Below are positions 28,351 to 40,177 of a DNA stretch of 64,000 nucleotides, piece after piece. The stretch comes from an uncultured bacterium (GTDB lineage Bacteria; Hydrogenedentota; Hydrogenedentia; Hydrogenedentales; JAEUWI01), in the NCBI GenBank assembly GCA_963977445.1, contig CAXBPH010000004.1, positions 1,254-65,253 of the forward strand. Direction: 5' to 3'. The notes below the pieces were generated by a model that made no database searches, was not told where the DNA came from, and worked only from the letters and a program-made list of their open reading frames with translations. The translations under genes were made by a program, and so were the position numbers. Numbering within the stretch: position 1 is the first letter of the stretch; each line of letters starts with the position of its first letter.

Positions 28351-29605
28351 CTTTCGTCACGTTACGTTCTGAACAATGGGCCGCGAGCCGCTTCGCCAAG
28401 GCACCATACACCTGATCCGCCCCAAAGCGGTCCCGGGCGAAGTGCCACGCTTTCTTTTCGAGCTCATGGCGCTCCGCGGGCGACGCCAGCAGCCGCAGGA
28501 TGGATTTCGTCATGGCCGCTGCACTTTCTGCCACAACAAGGGGAAGTTCCGTCGGGTCGCCCAATCCACCGGTCCCGGCGAGGCTCGACACGACGGCACG
28601 ACCGTGGGCCAGGGCTTCCACGGTCTTTATCTTGAGTCCCGTACCATAGGGAACCGGATTCAGCACGATGGCCGCCCGGTGGTAGTAGGGCGCGAGGTCG
28701 GGAACCTGACCGAGCACCTGCACGCCGCCGTGTTGGCCTTTGATGGACTCGCCCACCCGTCCGCAGACGGTGAGGGTGGCTTCGGGGCAGGCCTTACGTA
28801 CTTTTGGCCACACATCGTCCAGTATGGACCGCAGGCCAAGCACGTTGGGGTCATAGCGATTGCCCACATAGAGCAGGTCACACGAGGTCGGGGGAGAGGG
28901 TTCATAGTCCGGTACGACGTGGGCATGCCCTGCCACAAGAACCTCGCAATCCGGGCACATGGATTCCAGGGTTGCCCCTTCCGCTTCCTGGATCGCCAGA
29001 AGCAGGTCCGCACGTTTCAGGGCCTGAATTTCCTCATTCCGGGTGCAGACCACGTGGTCCAGGTTGCCCCCCGCCGATCGGGCATTTTCACGTCGCGCGT
29101 GTTGGATGTCGATGGTGTCCAGAATGCGTAACGTGCCCGGCGGCATATGGTCGAGGGCGGGTGCCAGCCATGCATAGCTGACAATCGCCGCTACCGGTGG
29201 CTGCGCATAGGCGACCACCCCGGCATAGCGTTCCAGGGCGGGTCTGCGGTTCCGTGCCAGCATGTGCGACGCAGCACCGATTTTCCCACCCGTCACCCGC
29301 TGAAAGAAAGGCAGCCAGCATAGCTCGGGATCGAGTTTTCGGTAGAGGGCTTTTGCCTTGTCGCGCCGTGATGGGGGTAAGGATACCGCGACGTCATCGT
29401 CTCGGGACTCAATCCACAATCGGTCAACCCGGCCCTCCAGTTCCTCGTTGTGTTCGCCCTGGTCACCCGTGAGTAGCTCCACGGCGTAGCCCGCGTCACG
29501 AAGAAAGTCTATCAATGCCCAGGTGCGCGTAGCGCCACCGCCACCCACGGGAAGTAATCCGCCGGGATGTATCCACAGAATACGGGGGCGCTCCGACTCA
29601 ACCAT
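28346..29605 (-). CDS. GT4-family glycosyltransferase
   Basis: 419 aa with an ATG start. GT-B fold with a C-terminal EX7E-like region. Confidence 0.85.
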   Translation of the reverse strand: MVESERPRILWIHPGGLLPVGGGGATRTWALIDFLRDAGYAVELLTGDQGEHNEELEGRVDRLWIESRDDDVAVSLPPSRRDKAKALYRKLDPELCWLPFFQRVTGGKIGAASHMLARNRRPALERYAGVVAYAQPPVAAIVSYAWLAPALDHMPPGTLRILDTIDIQHARRENARSAGGNLDHVVCTRNEEIQALKRADLLLAIQEAEGATLESMCPDCEVLVAGHAHVVPDYEPSPPTSCDLLYVGNRYDPNVLGLRSILDDVWPKVRKACPEATLTVCGRVGESIKGQHGGVQVLGQVPDLAPYYHRAAIVLNPVPYGTGLKIKTVEALAHGRAVVSSLAGTGGLGDPTELPLVVAESAAAMTKSILRLLASPAERHELEKKAWHFARDRFGADQVYGALAKRLAAHCSERNVTKD

Positions 29606-29957
29606 TGCGCGCCACCAAATCTTCCAGGGCCTCCAGCGTCTGGCCGACCATGGCCTCCTCGCTGAAGGCGTTTACCCGGGCCTGTGCCGCCTGCGCCAGC
29701 GTTGCCATATGGTCGCGGTGGGTGAGGGCGTGCATCACCGTATCGCGCAAGGCAGCGATATCGTCGGGCGCACACAACAGCCCATGGACATCGTGGGTGA
29801 CCACTTCGGCAATCCCACTCGCATGGGTGCTCACGACGGGAAGGCCGGCGGCCATGGCTTCCAACAGCGAGAAGGGCTGGCCCTCAAATCGCGCGGGGTG
29901 AATATAGAGGTCTGCCCCCTGGAGGAGTGCGGGGATATCGTTTCGCCGTCCCAGCAA
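29598..29957 (-). pseudogene. C-terminal portion of a GT4 domain (…LLQGADLYIHPARFEGQPFSLLEAMAAGLPVVST…), out of frame with the upstream double-GT4 ORF
   Basis: Shifting one base near 30025 reads '…GRLSPQKGYDVL|SGDGPAKKALKQQL…LLGRRNDIPALL…'. About 20-25 aa that are normally present between 'KGxDxLL' and 'VGDGP' are missing. This suggests a deletion plus frameshift, or a sequencing error. Confidence 0.55.
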
Positions 29958-30021
29958 GGTTACATGGGAGGCAACGCCATAGGTGTCGAGTTGTTGCTTA
30001 AGGGCCTTCTTCGCGGGGCCA

Positions 30022-31845
30022 TCACCAGAGTACGTCGTAACCCTTCTGCGGGGAAAGCCGTCCGACGGTTACACAGAGGAGGGTGTCCGGCGGGAGTCCA
30101 AGCTCCTCTCGGAGTTGTTGGGCCCGAGCCGCCTTCTGGTCTGTGTCGCAGGAAAACCGTTCCAGCGAAACGCCATTCGGAATGGTGAGTATTTCCTTCT
30201 CTTCCATGGCGAAAGCCCGCGACAGCAGTCGGCGATTGGCCTGGGATACGGCCACATAGCGTTGGCCCCGAGCGCGCATCCAACGATGGAGAAGTCGTCG
30301 GAATGGGGAAAAGCGAAGGTCATCGCGAACCAACTGAAAGACCACCAGCGTCGGTGTGCGGAGACATGCGCAGGCAAAGAGGCTGACGAGTCCATATTGC
30401 ATGCCGCACAGTTGAAACAAGACCATCCGGGGCCGAACACGACGAAGGAGGCGGACCGTACGGGTAAATCGCTTATACAGGCGCGCCTGCCCCGATTTTG
30501 GACCGATATCGCAAATGTCGAGGGTGTGATGAAAGGCACCGACCCGGAAGTAGTCCTCGCTGAGGCTCTTTAAGGCCCGTTTTCCGGGAAAGGCCCCATG
30601 AACGTCGTAGCCAGCACGCACGGCTCCACCTGCAATGGCGACCGTATAATCTTCCGCACCACCACGGAGGGGCGAGGGGAAAAGTATGGCGATACGGCCT
30701 TTTTTCTTGACCTGGCCGGGCGTTTTTGCTAACCGGATACCATGAAAAGGCTCCCGGGGCGTCTGGGGTTTATCCGAAGGCCACGGCCGTGGTGCCTCTG
30801 CCATGGCTCGGTCCAACAAGGCGGTAAATTTTTCGACGTAGTTTTCCATCGAATAGGCGCGGGTCGTTTCGTGCGCCCGATGCCCCATAGTCTGGAGTCG
30901 CTCGGGATCGCGGGACAGGGTGTCGATGGCGGCCGCCATGGCCGTCATCCTGCCCACGGGCACGAGAAAGCCATTCTCACCCTCATTTATAATGCCCGCG
31001 ACGCCACTTTCGGTTTGGGTCACCACCGGCACGACGCCCTGTGCCATAGACTCCAGCATGCTGTTGCTTGTGCCTTCGAAGGACGAAGCTTGGACGAATA
31101 TATCCTGCTTCGCCCAGAAGGCAGCCATTTCCTCGGGCCGACGACGGGGCGCAAAGCGAACCCGTTTTTCCGGGTCCACGGCAGCCAGAGCGCTCCGCAA
31201 TTCGTCACGCTGACGCCCCGCGCCGATGATGGTAAAGCGAAAGTCCGTCCCGTTTTTGTACAGCTTTTCCACCAGGGGAACGAAGTCCATGACCCGCTTT
31301 TGCTCTTCCACGATGCGGCCCCCGTAGGCAATGCGTATAGGGGTTGTTTCGTAACTCCGCTCGAGGACGGGAGGAACCCATACGCCCGTGGGCAGGGTGT
31401 GTATGCCGTCTTGGTCTACGTGGAGATGCCGCGCCAGGGCGGCGGCACATGCGGGACTCACCGCCGCAAACTGGTTGATCATCGGGGCATACCAGCGCAA
31501 TGGCCTATAGTATTCTTCTTCCGAATCCGCCCGGCAAAATCCGATACAACGAAGCACCTGCCCTGCGGCGATGCGTTCGGCGCAGAGGGGGAAGAGATCC
31601 CATACAAAATTGGGAACAATGATGGCCTCATTGCAGGCGGTCAGTAAGGCCCGCGCCCGATCCTGGGTGGTGGCGTGGAGGTCAAAGGTGCCAATGCGAT
31701 TGCCCGTGTCGGTGCAGTTCAAGAGACGAATGCTGTAGCGCGGGTGGTCCGCGAAGGCGGTGCGCAGACGCAACGCCCACGAGGTTACCCCGCTGGCAAA
31801 GTCGCCAAGGGCAATGATAACTGGGATCTTCGGGGGAGACGGCAC
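30022..31845 (-). CDS. tandem double-GT4 glycosyltransferase: a complete first GT4 domain fused to the N-terminal half of a second GT4. Its continuation is frameshifted (see 29598..29957).
   Basis: The 1187-aa track ORF is protein-like only downstream of about 31860 (…KIPVIIALGDFASGVTSW… through …FEGTSNSMLESMAQGVVPVVT…, then a second '…GRIAILFPSPLRGGAEDY…GRLSPQKGYDVL'). Upstream it is antisense to gene 32011..33675. Candidate starts are GTG ~31845 or TTG ~31857. Confidence 0.65.
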   Translation of the reverse strand: MPSPPKIPVIIALGDFASGVTSWALRLRTAFADHPRYSIRLLNCTDTGNRIGTFDLHATTQDRARALLTACNEAIIVPNFVWDLFPLCAERIAAGQVLRCIGFCRADSEEEYYRPLRWYAPMINQFAAVSPACAAALARHLHVDQDGIHTLPTGVWVPPVLERSYETTPIRIAYGGRIVEEQKRVMDFVPLVEKLYKNGTDFRFTIIGAGRQRDELRSALAAVDPEKRVRFAPRRRPEEMAAFWAKQDIFVQASSFEGTSNSMLESMAQGVVPVVTQTESGVAGIINEGENGFLVPVGRMTAMAAAIDTLSRDPERLQTMGHRAHETTRAYSMENYVEKFTALLDRAMAEAPRPWPSDKPQTPREPFHGIRLAKTPGQVKKKGRIAILFPSPLRGGAEDYTVAIAGGAVRAGYDVHGAFPGKRALKSLSEDYFRVGAFHHTLDICDIGPKSGQARLYKRFTRTVRLLRRVRPRMVLFQLCGMQYGLVSLFACACLRTPTLVVFQLVRDDLRFSPFRRLLHRWMRARGQRYVAVSQANRRLLSRAFAMEEKEILTIPNGVSLERFSCDTDQKAARAQQLREELGLPPDTLLCVTVGRLSPQKGYDVLW

Positions 31846-32010
31846 GTGGTGTTCCAAGGTTGGTCCGACGAGCCCTATTATAGAAGGTGGCGGAAATTGA
31901 AGTAAACCTGTGGGGCATGTAGCGATAGGACTCGGCTTGGAACGTTTGTATTCGTTGTTCGTACCGTCATACACTGGAACCGGATTTGTGGGGCTCCGTC
32001 CCACGCACTT

Positions 32011-33675
32011 TTGGAAGATTTGTTGTTGCGTAATTTTACCTATAAAACGTGCCTGCTGGCGCTTGGAATGTCCTTTCTGGCCGCATGCGGTGGGAAGCAG
32101 AACCCCCAATCGGCCTGTCCGCCTCCCGGCAGCGTGGTCGTGCTCTCGGTTACGGCCCTGCCCGAAGATCCTCCGCCCAATCTGCTTTCCAACGGTGACT
32201 TTCATGAATGGTATGGCGGATTGAATTTCCCTTCCGATTTTCAGGCGCCAGTAAATGAAGCAAGTTCCACCACCGCCCGGGATATTATGCATGGCTACCT
32301 CGATACCCGGGGATACACGGCCCGCCAATCCTGGACCGCTGTAGACCTGGATGAAGCGCCGGCTGAACGGTTTGGAACGACGTGCGTCCTCCAACCCAAC
32401 CAGGACTATACCTTTGCCGTCGTGGCTTCGGCATCGCCGGGGATGGTCGCCCACATCAGCGCCTATGCCATCGACGATGGGGGAGCGGTAGGCCTCCTCG
32501 CGGGCAACCTCGTCGAGATCGACCAGGAAAAAGCCCAACGCTACACCGGGAAGTTTCGGACGGATCACCGGGTAAACGTTTTGTTGGTCAGTCAGGTGTC
32601 CCCCCTGGCCACCCTGCCGGGCACGGTCATCTGGTCCGAATGGGCGCTGCACGAGAACAACAACGCCCTTGACCAGTCGGAAGACATTCATCGACGACTC
32701 TGGGTGACGAACAGTCTGGCCCATGTACAACAGCAAACCGAACTCTACGGTGGCGTGGCAACCTGGTCGGAAAGTTTGCTGCCCCTCCATAAGAACCTGG
32801 ACCGCTTCTATCGAGAAACGGAAGGCCAGGAAGGCAGCGCGGTCCTGGGATATGACGAGTTCATTTTCCAGAAAGCGGATTTGGCCTATGCAAACAACGT
32901 GCGGGATTTCGTCCGGGAGAAGACCGAGCAGGGGATGGGTATACGGCCTGCCCTGACGGCACTGCTGCGCCTGGACCGAGCATTGAAAGGGCGGGGGAAA
33001 GACCTGATTATTCTGCCGCTCCCCGATCGGGTTCACCTTTATGTGGACAAAATAAATAAGCGTGCCCTCGAGTTGCCCCCTTCCTACTTGCCCCATACGC
33101 GCTTTGTCACCACCCTGTTGGAGCAGGGTGCCATCGCGGTAGACGTGGCCCCCCTCCTGTTCCATCGCCGCCATGAAGAGAACCCCGTCTACCATCGCGG
33201 TGATTTCGGAGTGTCCGCCTTTACATTGAGCGAAATCGCCGGGTATGTGGCCCCAATGATTCGTGACGCGGTTTCCATTCCCGAATCCGCTGCCGCCTTC
33301 AACGCAGTAACTGAAACCGTGCTCCTCCACCAGGGTGCCGTTCCCGCCCTGCCCAAGTCGCAACAATCGTTGATAGGGCCAGAAAGTAATTCCATCGAAA
33401 AAATCACGGACCCCGACGGAGCCTTGTTTGCTCCCGCGGCTACCAGCGCTGTGTTGGTCGTTGGCTCCATGTCCAATAACAACGCGGCCCGGGGTGCGTC
33501 GCTCGCCGCCTATCTTTCGGCGAAACTTGGAACACCCGTTTCTATTCTTGGGGCGAACCTGGAAGATCAGGAAGTGCCCCAGCACCTCTTGACGGCCAAT
33601 CCCCCCGAACTTGAGGCGGCCCAGGTGGTCCTTTACTGCTTTCCCGAATACGCCCTCGTGCGCCCGGGCTGGTAA
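32011..33675 (+). CDS. hypothetical lipoprotein (554 aa), divergent from the glycosyltransferase genes
   Basis: Lipobox LLALGMSFLAACGG. Protein-like composition throughout. No confident family assignment. Confidence 0.7.
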   Translation: MEDLLLRNFTYKTCLLALGMSFLAACGGKQNPQSACPPPGSVVVLSVTALPEDPPPNLLSNGDFHEWYGGLNFPSDFQAPVNEASSTTARDIMHGYLDTRGYTARQSWTAVDLDEAPAERFGTTCVLQPNQDYTFAVVASASPGMVAHISAYAIDDGGAVGLLAGNLVEIDQEKAQRYTGKFRTDHRVNVLLVSQVSPLATLPGTVIWSEWALHENNNALDQSEDIHRRLWVTNSLAHVQQQTELYGGVATWSESLLPLHKNLDRFYRETEGQEGSAVLGYDEFIFQKADLAYANNVRDFVREKTEQGMGIRPALTALLRLDRALKGRGKDLIILPLPDRVHLYVDKINKRALELPPSYLPHTRFVTTLLEQGAIAVDVAPLLFHRRHEENPVYHRGDFGVSAFTLSEIAGYVAPMIRDAVSIPESAAAFNAVTETVLLHQGAVPALPKSQQSLIGPESNSIEKITDPDGALFAPAATSAVLVVGSMSNNNAARGASLAAYLSAKLGTPVSILGANLEDQEVPQHLLTANPPELEAAQVVLYCFPEYALVRPGW

Positions 33676-33978
33676 GAAATAGTTCGTTTTGCCCCTGTTT
33701 CTTTCGTTGTTTTCACATCCGCCCGCCTGCCCTTTTTCATTCCCAAGCTGAGGTATGGATACTCTAATTCGGGTGAAGTTCGGGGGGCCACAGGGGCAAC
33801 GCGGCTCAATCCTCTATTCCTTCTCCGTCGCTAAGTCCTTGCTGCAATACATGATGCACCCTGTTTCATGAAATTGGCACGAACTATGCCATTACCATAG
33901 GCAATAACGTATGTGAGTGTCGCCGCCAGTACGCGTCGGGCTCGCACGGCATGGTGCACAACGAGAAGGAGTTTTGAC

Positions 33979-35448
<1,470 letters not shown>

Positions 35449-35481
35449 GTTTCAGCACCCTCCATATCTTCCTATAAAACA

Positions 35482-35525
35482 CCGACAGCGTCACCCACCG
35501 GGTGGCGCTGTCGGCGTATTTGTCT
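35482..35525 (+). terminator. rho-independent terminator after htrA
   Basis: 15-bp stem (ccgacagcgtcaccc / gggtggcgctgtcgg, one G·U pair) followed by cgtatttgtct. Confidence 0.55.
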
Positions 35526-35802
35526 AAAAATTGCAGGAATACTAACCAGGAAACGATATACCTTGAACAAATCCAGCCTGTTCGTTACGGCCTCGTATCC
35601 AAACTGCGATGAAAGGGGATAGTGCCGCTGGCATGACCACTATCTCCCCAAATAGTCTTTGACCATTGGGAGCGCAGGTCTCGGACGCGCCAAAGGAGGG
35701 CGGCTCGCCTGCATTACGTCGAAGACGTAAGGACGACGTGCCCTCGGTCCGTGACGGGCGATTAATCGTGTTGAAAGATGTCCAAAGTCAATTTTCGCTT
35801 AG

Positions 35803-36849
35803 TTAAACAATGGGGAGGTCCGTCACCGCTTCCTGCTGATAGGCCTGCTCGGCGAAAGACGCGAGTAAGAGCCGGTCTTCATTGCGGAGAGATGTGTCCC
35901 CCGAAACCGTCGCAATATTGACATCGAGGTCCTCGGCTACCGAAACACCGATGTTCAAGAGCTGTATGCGGTTGTCGTTCAGTACCCACCGAATCGCGGA
36001 GGCCGGCAATTTTTTCACGGCCTCGCGGTCATATTCGCTGACCAGCTTACCCGCGTTGTGGCCAAAGATACTGGCCCCCATGACTTTCATGGCGAGTATG
36101 CCCATATCCAGCTCGCTGGCCCGGGCGACGCAGCGCTCACGATTGGCCAGTGAACGATTGGAATGGCGCGTGTTGTACCCTTTGTGAAAATAGCCGAACT
36201 CGACCAGGAGCGAGTCAAAGCCGCCCGTATCGATAAGTTTGAACATTTCCTCGAAGCGCGAATGGCCCGTAAGTCCGACGAAGGAAAATAGCCCTTCGTC
36301 CCGCATTTTCACAAGCTCTTCGACAAAGGGCATACACCCCTCGTAGCCCTGACGCTCAATCACGGGGCCGTGAAGTTGCATACAGTCAATCTTGTCCATC
36401 TTCAACGTCGTCAGGGTCTGCTCCACACTCTTACGCACGTCATCGGCCGATCCCACCAGCACCTTGGAGGCAATATAGATTTCGTCCTTCACATCATGAA
36501 GGGCCTCTGAAAAAATCTTTTCGCTGTCACCATAGATGCGGGCCGTGTCGAAATACCGGAGGCCTTTTTCGTAGGCCGTCCGCACCATCTTCACCCGGGC
36601 CTCATAGGGGCCCGAAGCAATACCGTAGTACTCGTCTTCCTGCGTCATGAGAGGGGCACTGCCATAGGCGAGGACCGGCAATTCGAAGCCCGTCTTGCCA
36701 AAGCGACGGGTGGGCATGTTGCCCGTGCCAGCCACCTGCTTGCCTCCCGTTGGTGCCGCTACGCTGGCGCTGCTGGCCGCCAATACACCCGTTGCCAAGC
36801 CTGCTTGCAGGAAAGTACGGCGACCCATACCTGATTTGTTCGCGTCCAT
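35803..36849 (-). CDS. aldo/keto reductase with a Tat signal peptide
   Basis: Internal ATG at 36849 preceded by GGAGGA. 'MDANKSGMGRRTFLQAGLATGVLAASSASVAA'. AKR motifs (…LRYFDTARIYG…). Confidence 0.85.
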   Translation of the reverse strand: MDANKSGMGRRTFLQAGLATGVLAASSASVAAPTGGKQVAGTGNMPTRRFGKTGFELPVLAYGSAPLMTQEDEYYGIASGPYEARVKMVRTAYEKGLRYFDTARIYGDSEKIFSEALHDVKDEIYIASKVLVGSADDVRKSVEQTLTTLKMDKIDCMQLHGPVIERQGYEGCMPFVEELVKMRDEGLFSFVGLTGHSRFEEMFKLIDTGGFDSLLVEFGYFHKGYNTRHSNRSLANRERCVARASELDMGILAMKVMGASIFGHNAGKLVSEYDREAVKKLPASAIRWVLNDNRIQLLNIGVSVAEDLDVNIATVSGDTSLRNEDRLLLASFAEQAYQQEAVTDLPIV

Positions 36850-37060
36850 CTGGATTTCCTCCATGTTGTGGATTATGCCTTCCATCTTGGCATGAATTGC
36901 CGGGACGTGCAAGTTCGCCGGGACCGGGCAGCGTGCAAGTCCAACGGGCAGTGCAGGATATCCCATGCGTCGGTGTCATTGAGCGGGCCCCTCGTGATAC
37001 AATAATTCCTTTCCCGTACCCCCGCAGGGCCTCTCCATGTGACAGGAATCCCCCCATTCC

Positions 37061-38461
37061 ATGAAGAAATTTGACGATCAACTGGTGTCTGGAAGCATAC
37101 TCCGGTCCGTTTGGAAGTTGACCTGGCCAGCCGCCTCGCTGAATCTCGTCAACGGCGTTCACGGCCTGGTGGATCACATTCTGATCGGTCACTACATCCA
37201 GTCCGAGACGAACGCTGCCAACGCCGCCATTGGTGTGGCCTGGCAGGTCTTCCTGGTCTTTGTGGTGTTTATTGCTTCCGTGTTTCACGGCATGAACGTG
37301 CTGATTGCCCGGTATGCCGGAAAACAAGACCGCGAAAACATGAGCAAAGTGGCTTATGAATCTTTCTTGTCGGCCGTCATAATTCTCGTATTTATCGTGG
37401 CACCCATTGGCTACGTTATCGCACCCTATCTAATCGGTCTGGTTGATGCCGGTCCCGAGGTAGAATCCCACGCACTGCCCTACCTGCGGCTGCTCTTTAC
37501 CTGTGGCGCCCCCCTGTTTCTCATGTTTATGTTTACCGGTGCCTTTCAGGCGTCTGGCGATCCCAAAACGCCCCTGGTGTTGGGCATCCTCACAACGATT
37601 CTGAATGTTTGTATCAGCGTCGTCTTAATCACGGGCATGGGGCCTTTTCCTGCACTCGGTACCATCGGCGCGGGGCTGGGCACGGTGTTGGCCCCTTTTG
37701 TGAGCGTGGTCATATCCATCATTCTCGTGATGCGCCGGAAAATGATTTTACAGCCCCCGACCGAGTTTCGTTTGCTCCCAGACTTTTCCATCATGAAGAT
37801 CGTGGCCCGTATTGGGGTGCCCACGGGTATTCAGGGTGTACTGCTCAATCTTGGCGGCTTCGTCGTTATCATCTTCCTGGGCACCCTGGATGACACCATT
37901 TCCGCCTCGGCGATGGCGGCCTATACCATTTGCTATGCCCAATTGTTCTCTATTATTACCTGGACCTGTTTTGGCCTTCGTTCTGCGGCGGGAACCCTCA
38001 TGGGACAGAATATGGGTGCAGGAAATCCCCAGCGCGGTAAGCAGGCCGTTCGGGTTGCTGCGTTTTTTGGCGCAACCTGGGCCACGCTCATCGGCACCGT
38101 CTTCTGGATCTATCCGACTCAATTGCTTGGCCTCTTCGGTGCAACAGAAGGGCCCATCGTCGGGATAGGCGTTTCCCTCCTGGGCTTCTTATGTTTTTCC
38201 GGGTTTGTGCTGGCTATTACCCTCGCGCTGACCGGTGGCCTTCAGGGGGCCGGTGAAACGAAGATGCCCATGTATATCGCCTTTCTGACCCAGATCGTGT
38301 TGCTACTGGGGCTGTGCGCATTCTTCAAGTGGCAGGGGACCCTGACGCCCCAGCGGGTTTGGATGTCCATTTTCATCAGTCACTTTGCGCGTCTCATATT
38401 GACCTTGCTCGTATTCCGAACGGAAAAATGGGCGCATACGAATGTAGAGCTATCATCTTGA
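37061..38461 (+). CDS. MATE-family multidrug/oligosaccharide efflux transporter
   Basis: 466 aa with 12 predicted TM helices and a typical MATE N-terminus. Confidence 0.85.
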   Translation: MKKFDDQLVSGSILRSVWKLTWPAASLNLVNGVHGLVDHILIGHYIQSETNAANAAIGVAWQVFLVFVVFIASVFHGMNVLIARYAGKQDRENMSKVAYESFLSAVIILVFIVAPIGYVIAPYLIGLVDAGPEVESHALPYLRLLFTCGAPLFLMFMFTGAFQASGDPKTPLVLGILTTILNVCISVVLITGMGPFPALGTIGAGLGTVLAPFVSVVISIILVMRRKMILQPPTEFRLLPDFSIMKIVARIGVPTGIQGVLLNLGGFVVIIFLGTLDDTISASAMAAYTICYAQLFSIITWTCFGLRSAAGTLMGQNMGAGNPQRGKQAVRVAAFFGATWATLIGTVFWIYPTQLLGLFGATEGPIVGIGVSLLGFLCFSGFVLAITLALTGGLQGAGETKMPMYIAFLTQIVLLLGLCAFFKWQGTLTPQRVWMSIFISHFARLILTLLVFRTEKWAHTNVELSS

Positions 38462-38514
38462 CCGGAGTCGGAGGTGTGCGCGAACGCACGTCTCACCATG
38501 GAGCGTAACAAATC

Positions 38515-39861
38515 ATGAAGTTGGCGATTGTTGGTACGGGTTATGTTGGATTGGTCAGTGGAACCTGTTTCAGCGACATGGGCCATGACGTACTCTGTGT
38601 TGATATCGATGAGAAGAAGATTGACGCCCTGAATCGGGGGGAAATCCCGATCTACGAACCCGGCCTCGAAGAAATGGTTCGCATCAATGTGGAGCAAGGC
38701 CGCCTTTCTTTCACGACCGACATAAAACGCGCTGTGGAAGAGAGCCTGGTCATCTTCGTCGCCGTGGGCACGCCTCCGCAGGAAGACGGCACCGCCGACC
38801 TCCAATATGTTATCCGCGTGGCCCAATCGGTCGGAGAACATATCAATGGATACAAAATAATCGTCGACAAGTCCACGGTTCCCGTCGGCACTGCCCAGAA
38901 AGTGCGCGCGGCCACCCAGGAAGCCATGGAGGCACGTGGTGTTTCCCACGAATTCGACGTCGTATCGAATCCGGAGTTCCTCAAAGAGGGCGCGGCCATC
39001 GAAGACTTCATGAACCCCGATCGGGTCGTGATTGGCTGTGAAAATGTCCGCGTCAAGGCACTCATGGAAGAAATATACGCCAATTTCGCCCGCAACGGTC
39101 GGCCCATCCTCAGCATGTCCACCGCATCGGCAGAAATGACGAAATATGCCGCCAATGCCATGTTGGCGACCAAAATATCCTTCATGAATGAGGTCGCAGC
39201 GATTTGCGAAAAAGTTGGGGCCGATGTGGACGATGTGCGGCGGGGTATTGGCTCGGACAGCCGCATTGGCTACCGATTCATCTTCCCAGGCATCGGCTAT
39301 GGCGGTTCCTGTTTCCCGAAAGACGTCAAGGCACTGATTCAGACGGCAGCGGAGGTCGGCGTCGACGCGAAACTGTTGCCCCAGGTCGATCTCGTGAATG
39401 AAAAACAGAAGCGCGCCCTCCTGGAAAAGATGAGAACCTATTACCGCGGTCAATTCGAAGGCAAGCGCTTCGCCCTGTGGGGTCTGGCCTTCAAGCCCGA
39501 AACGGATGATGTGCGCGAGGCCCCGGCGTTGGTTATGGCCGAAGCCCTGCTCAAAGAAGGGGCCACCATTGTGGCCTACGATCCCAAGGCCCAGGCCCAG
39601 GCACGACTCTATCTCGGAGAGCACGAAAACATGCAGTACTCACCGCAGTATTATGACGCCGTCGAAGGGTGCGATGCCCTCATCGTCGCGACAGAATGGT
39701 CCTTCTTCCGCAACGTAGATATGGCGCGCCTGAAGGAAAGCATGCGGGCTCCCGTTGTCTTTGATGGCCGAAACGTCTATGCCCTTGCCCACATGGAAGC
39801 CATGGGCTTCGATTATTTCTCCATTGGCCGTGACCCCGTATTGGCCCATTCCGCTGGCTGA
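38515..39861 (+). CDS. ugd: UDP-glucose 6-dehydrogenase
   Basis: MKLAIVGTGYVGLVSGTCF… NAD-binding Rossmann fold, catalytic Cys (GGSCFPKD) and overall UDPGDH architecture. Confidence 0.92.
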   Translation: MKLAIVGTGYVGLVSGTCFSDMGHDVLCVDIDEKKIDALNRGEIPIYEPGLEEMVRINVEQGRLSFTTDIKRAVEESLVIFVAVGTPPQEDGTADLQYVIRVAQSVGEHINGYKIIVDKSTVPVGTAQKVRAATQEAMEARGVSHEFDVVSNPEFLKEGAAIEDFMNPDRVVIGCENVRVKALMEEIYANFARNGRPILSMSTASAEMTKYAANAMLATKISFMNEVAAICEKVGADVDDVRRGIGSDSRIGYRFIFPGIGYGGSCFPKDVKALIQTAAEVGVDAKLLPQVDLVNEKQKRALLEKMRTYYRGQFEGKRFALWGLAFKPETDDVREAPALVMAEALLKEGATIVAYDPKAQAQARLYLGEHENMQYSPQYYDAVEGCDALIVATEWSFFRNVDMARLKESMRAPVVFDGRNVYALAHMEAMGFDYFSIGRDPVLAHSAG

Positions 39862-40177
39862 TGACACCGTGGGCCAACGGATGCAATCTCATAAGAGACG
39901 GTGATTGCATGGGAATATGATCGCTTGTTTTGCATGCTGTGCTGCTGGAAAGGTAAGTGACGGCCTTCAAAAGCCTTAGCGAGCCCCACGCTATTGCAAA
40001 AAACCTCCTTTTTTCGTATCTGCTCTGGACTGTCAGCGTTATCTTGATGTACCATGGCTTGCGTGATCTTTTCGGGTCTCTTTCCCATCGCCCCGCACCC
40101 TGTGGGCGAAGGCGAGAGCGCACCATCGAAAGGACCGTTAGGACAACAGCCCCTGACAATGGAGGTGTAATGGACGT

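Noticed and set aside
31858-33585. N-terminal ~1.7 kb of the 1187-aa minus ORF 30022..33585.
   Set aside because: This stretch is antisense to the lipoprotein gene 32011..33675 and is not protein-like. The real glycosyltransferase gene starts near 31845-31857.
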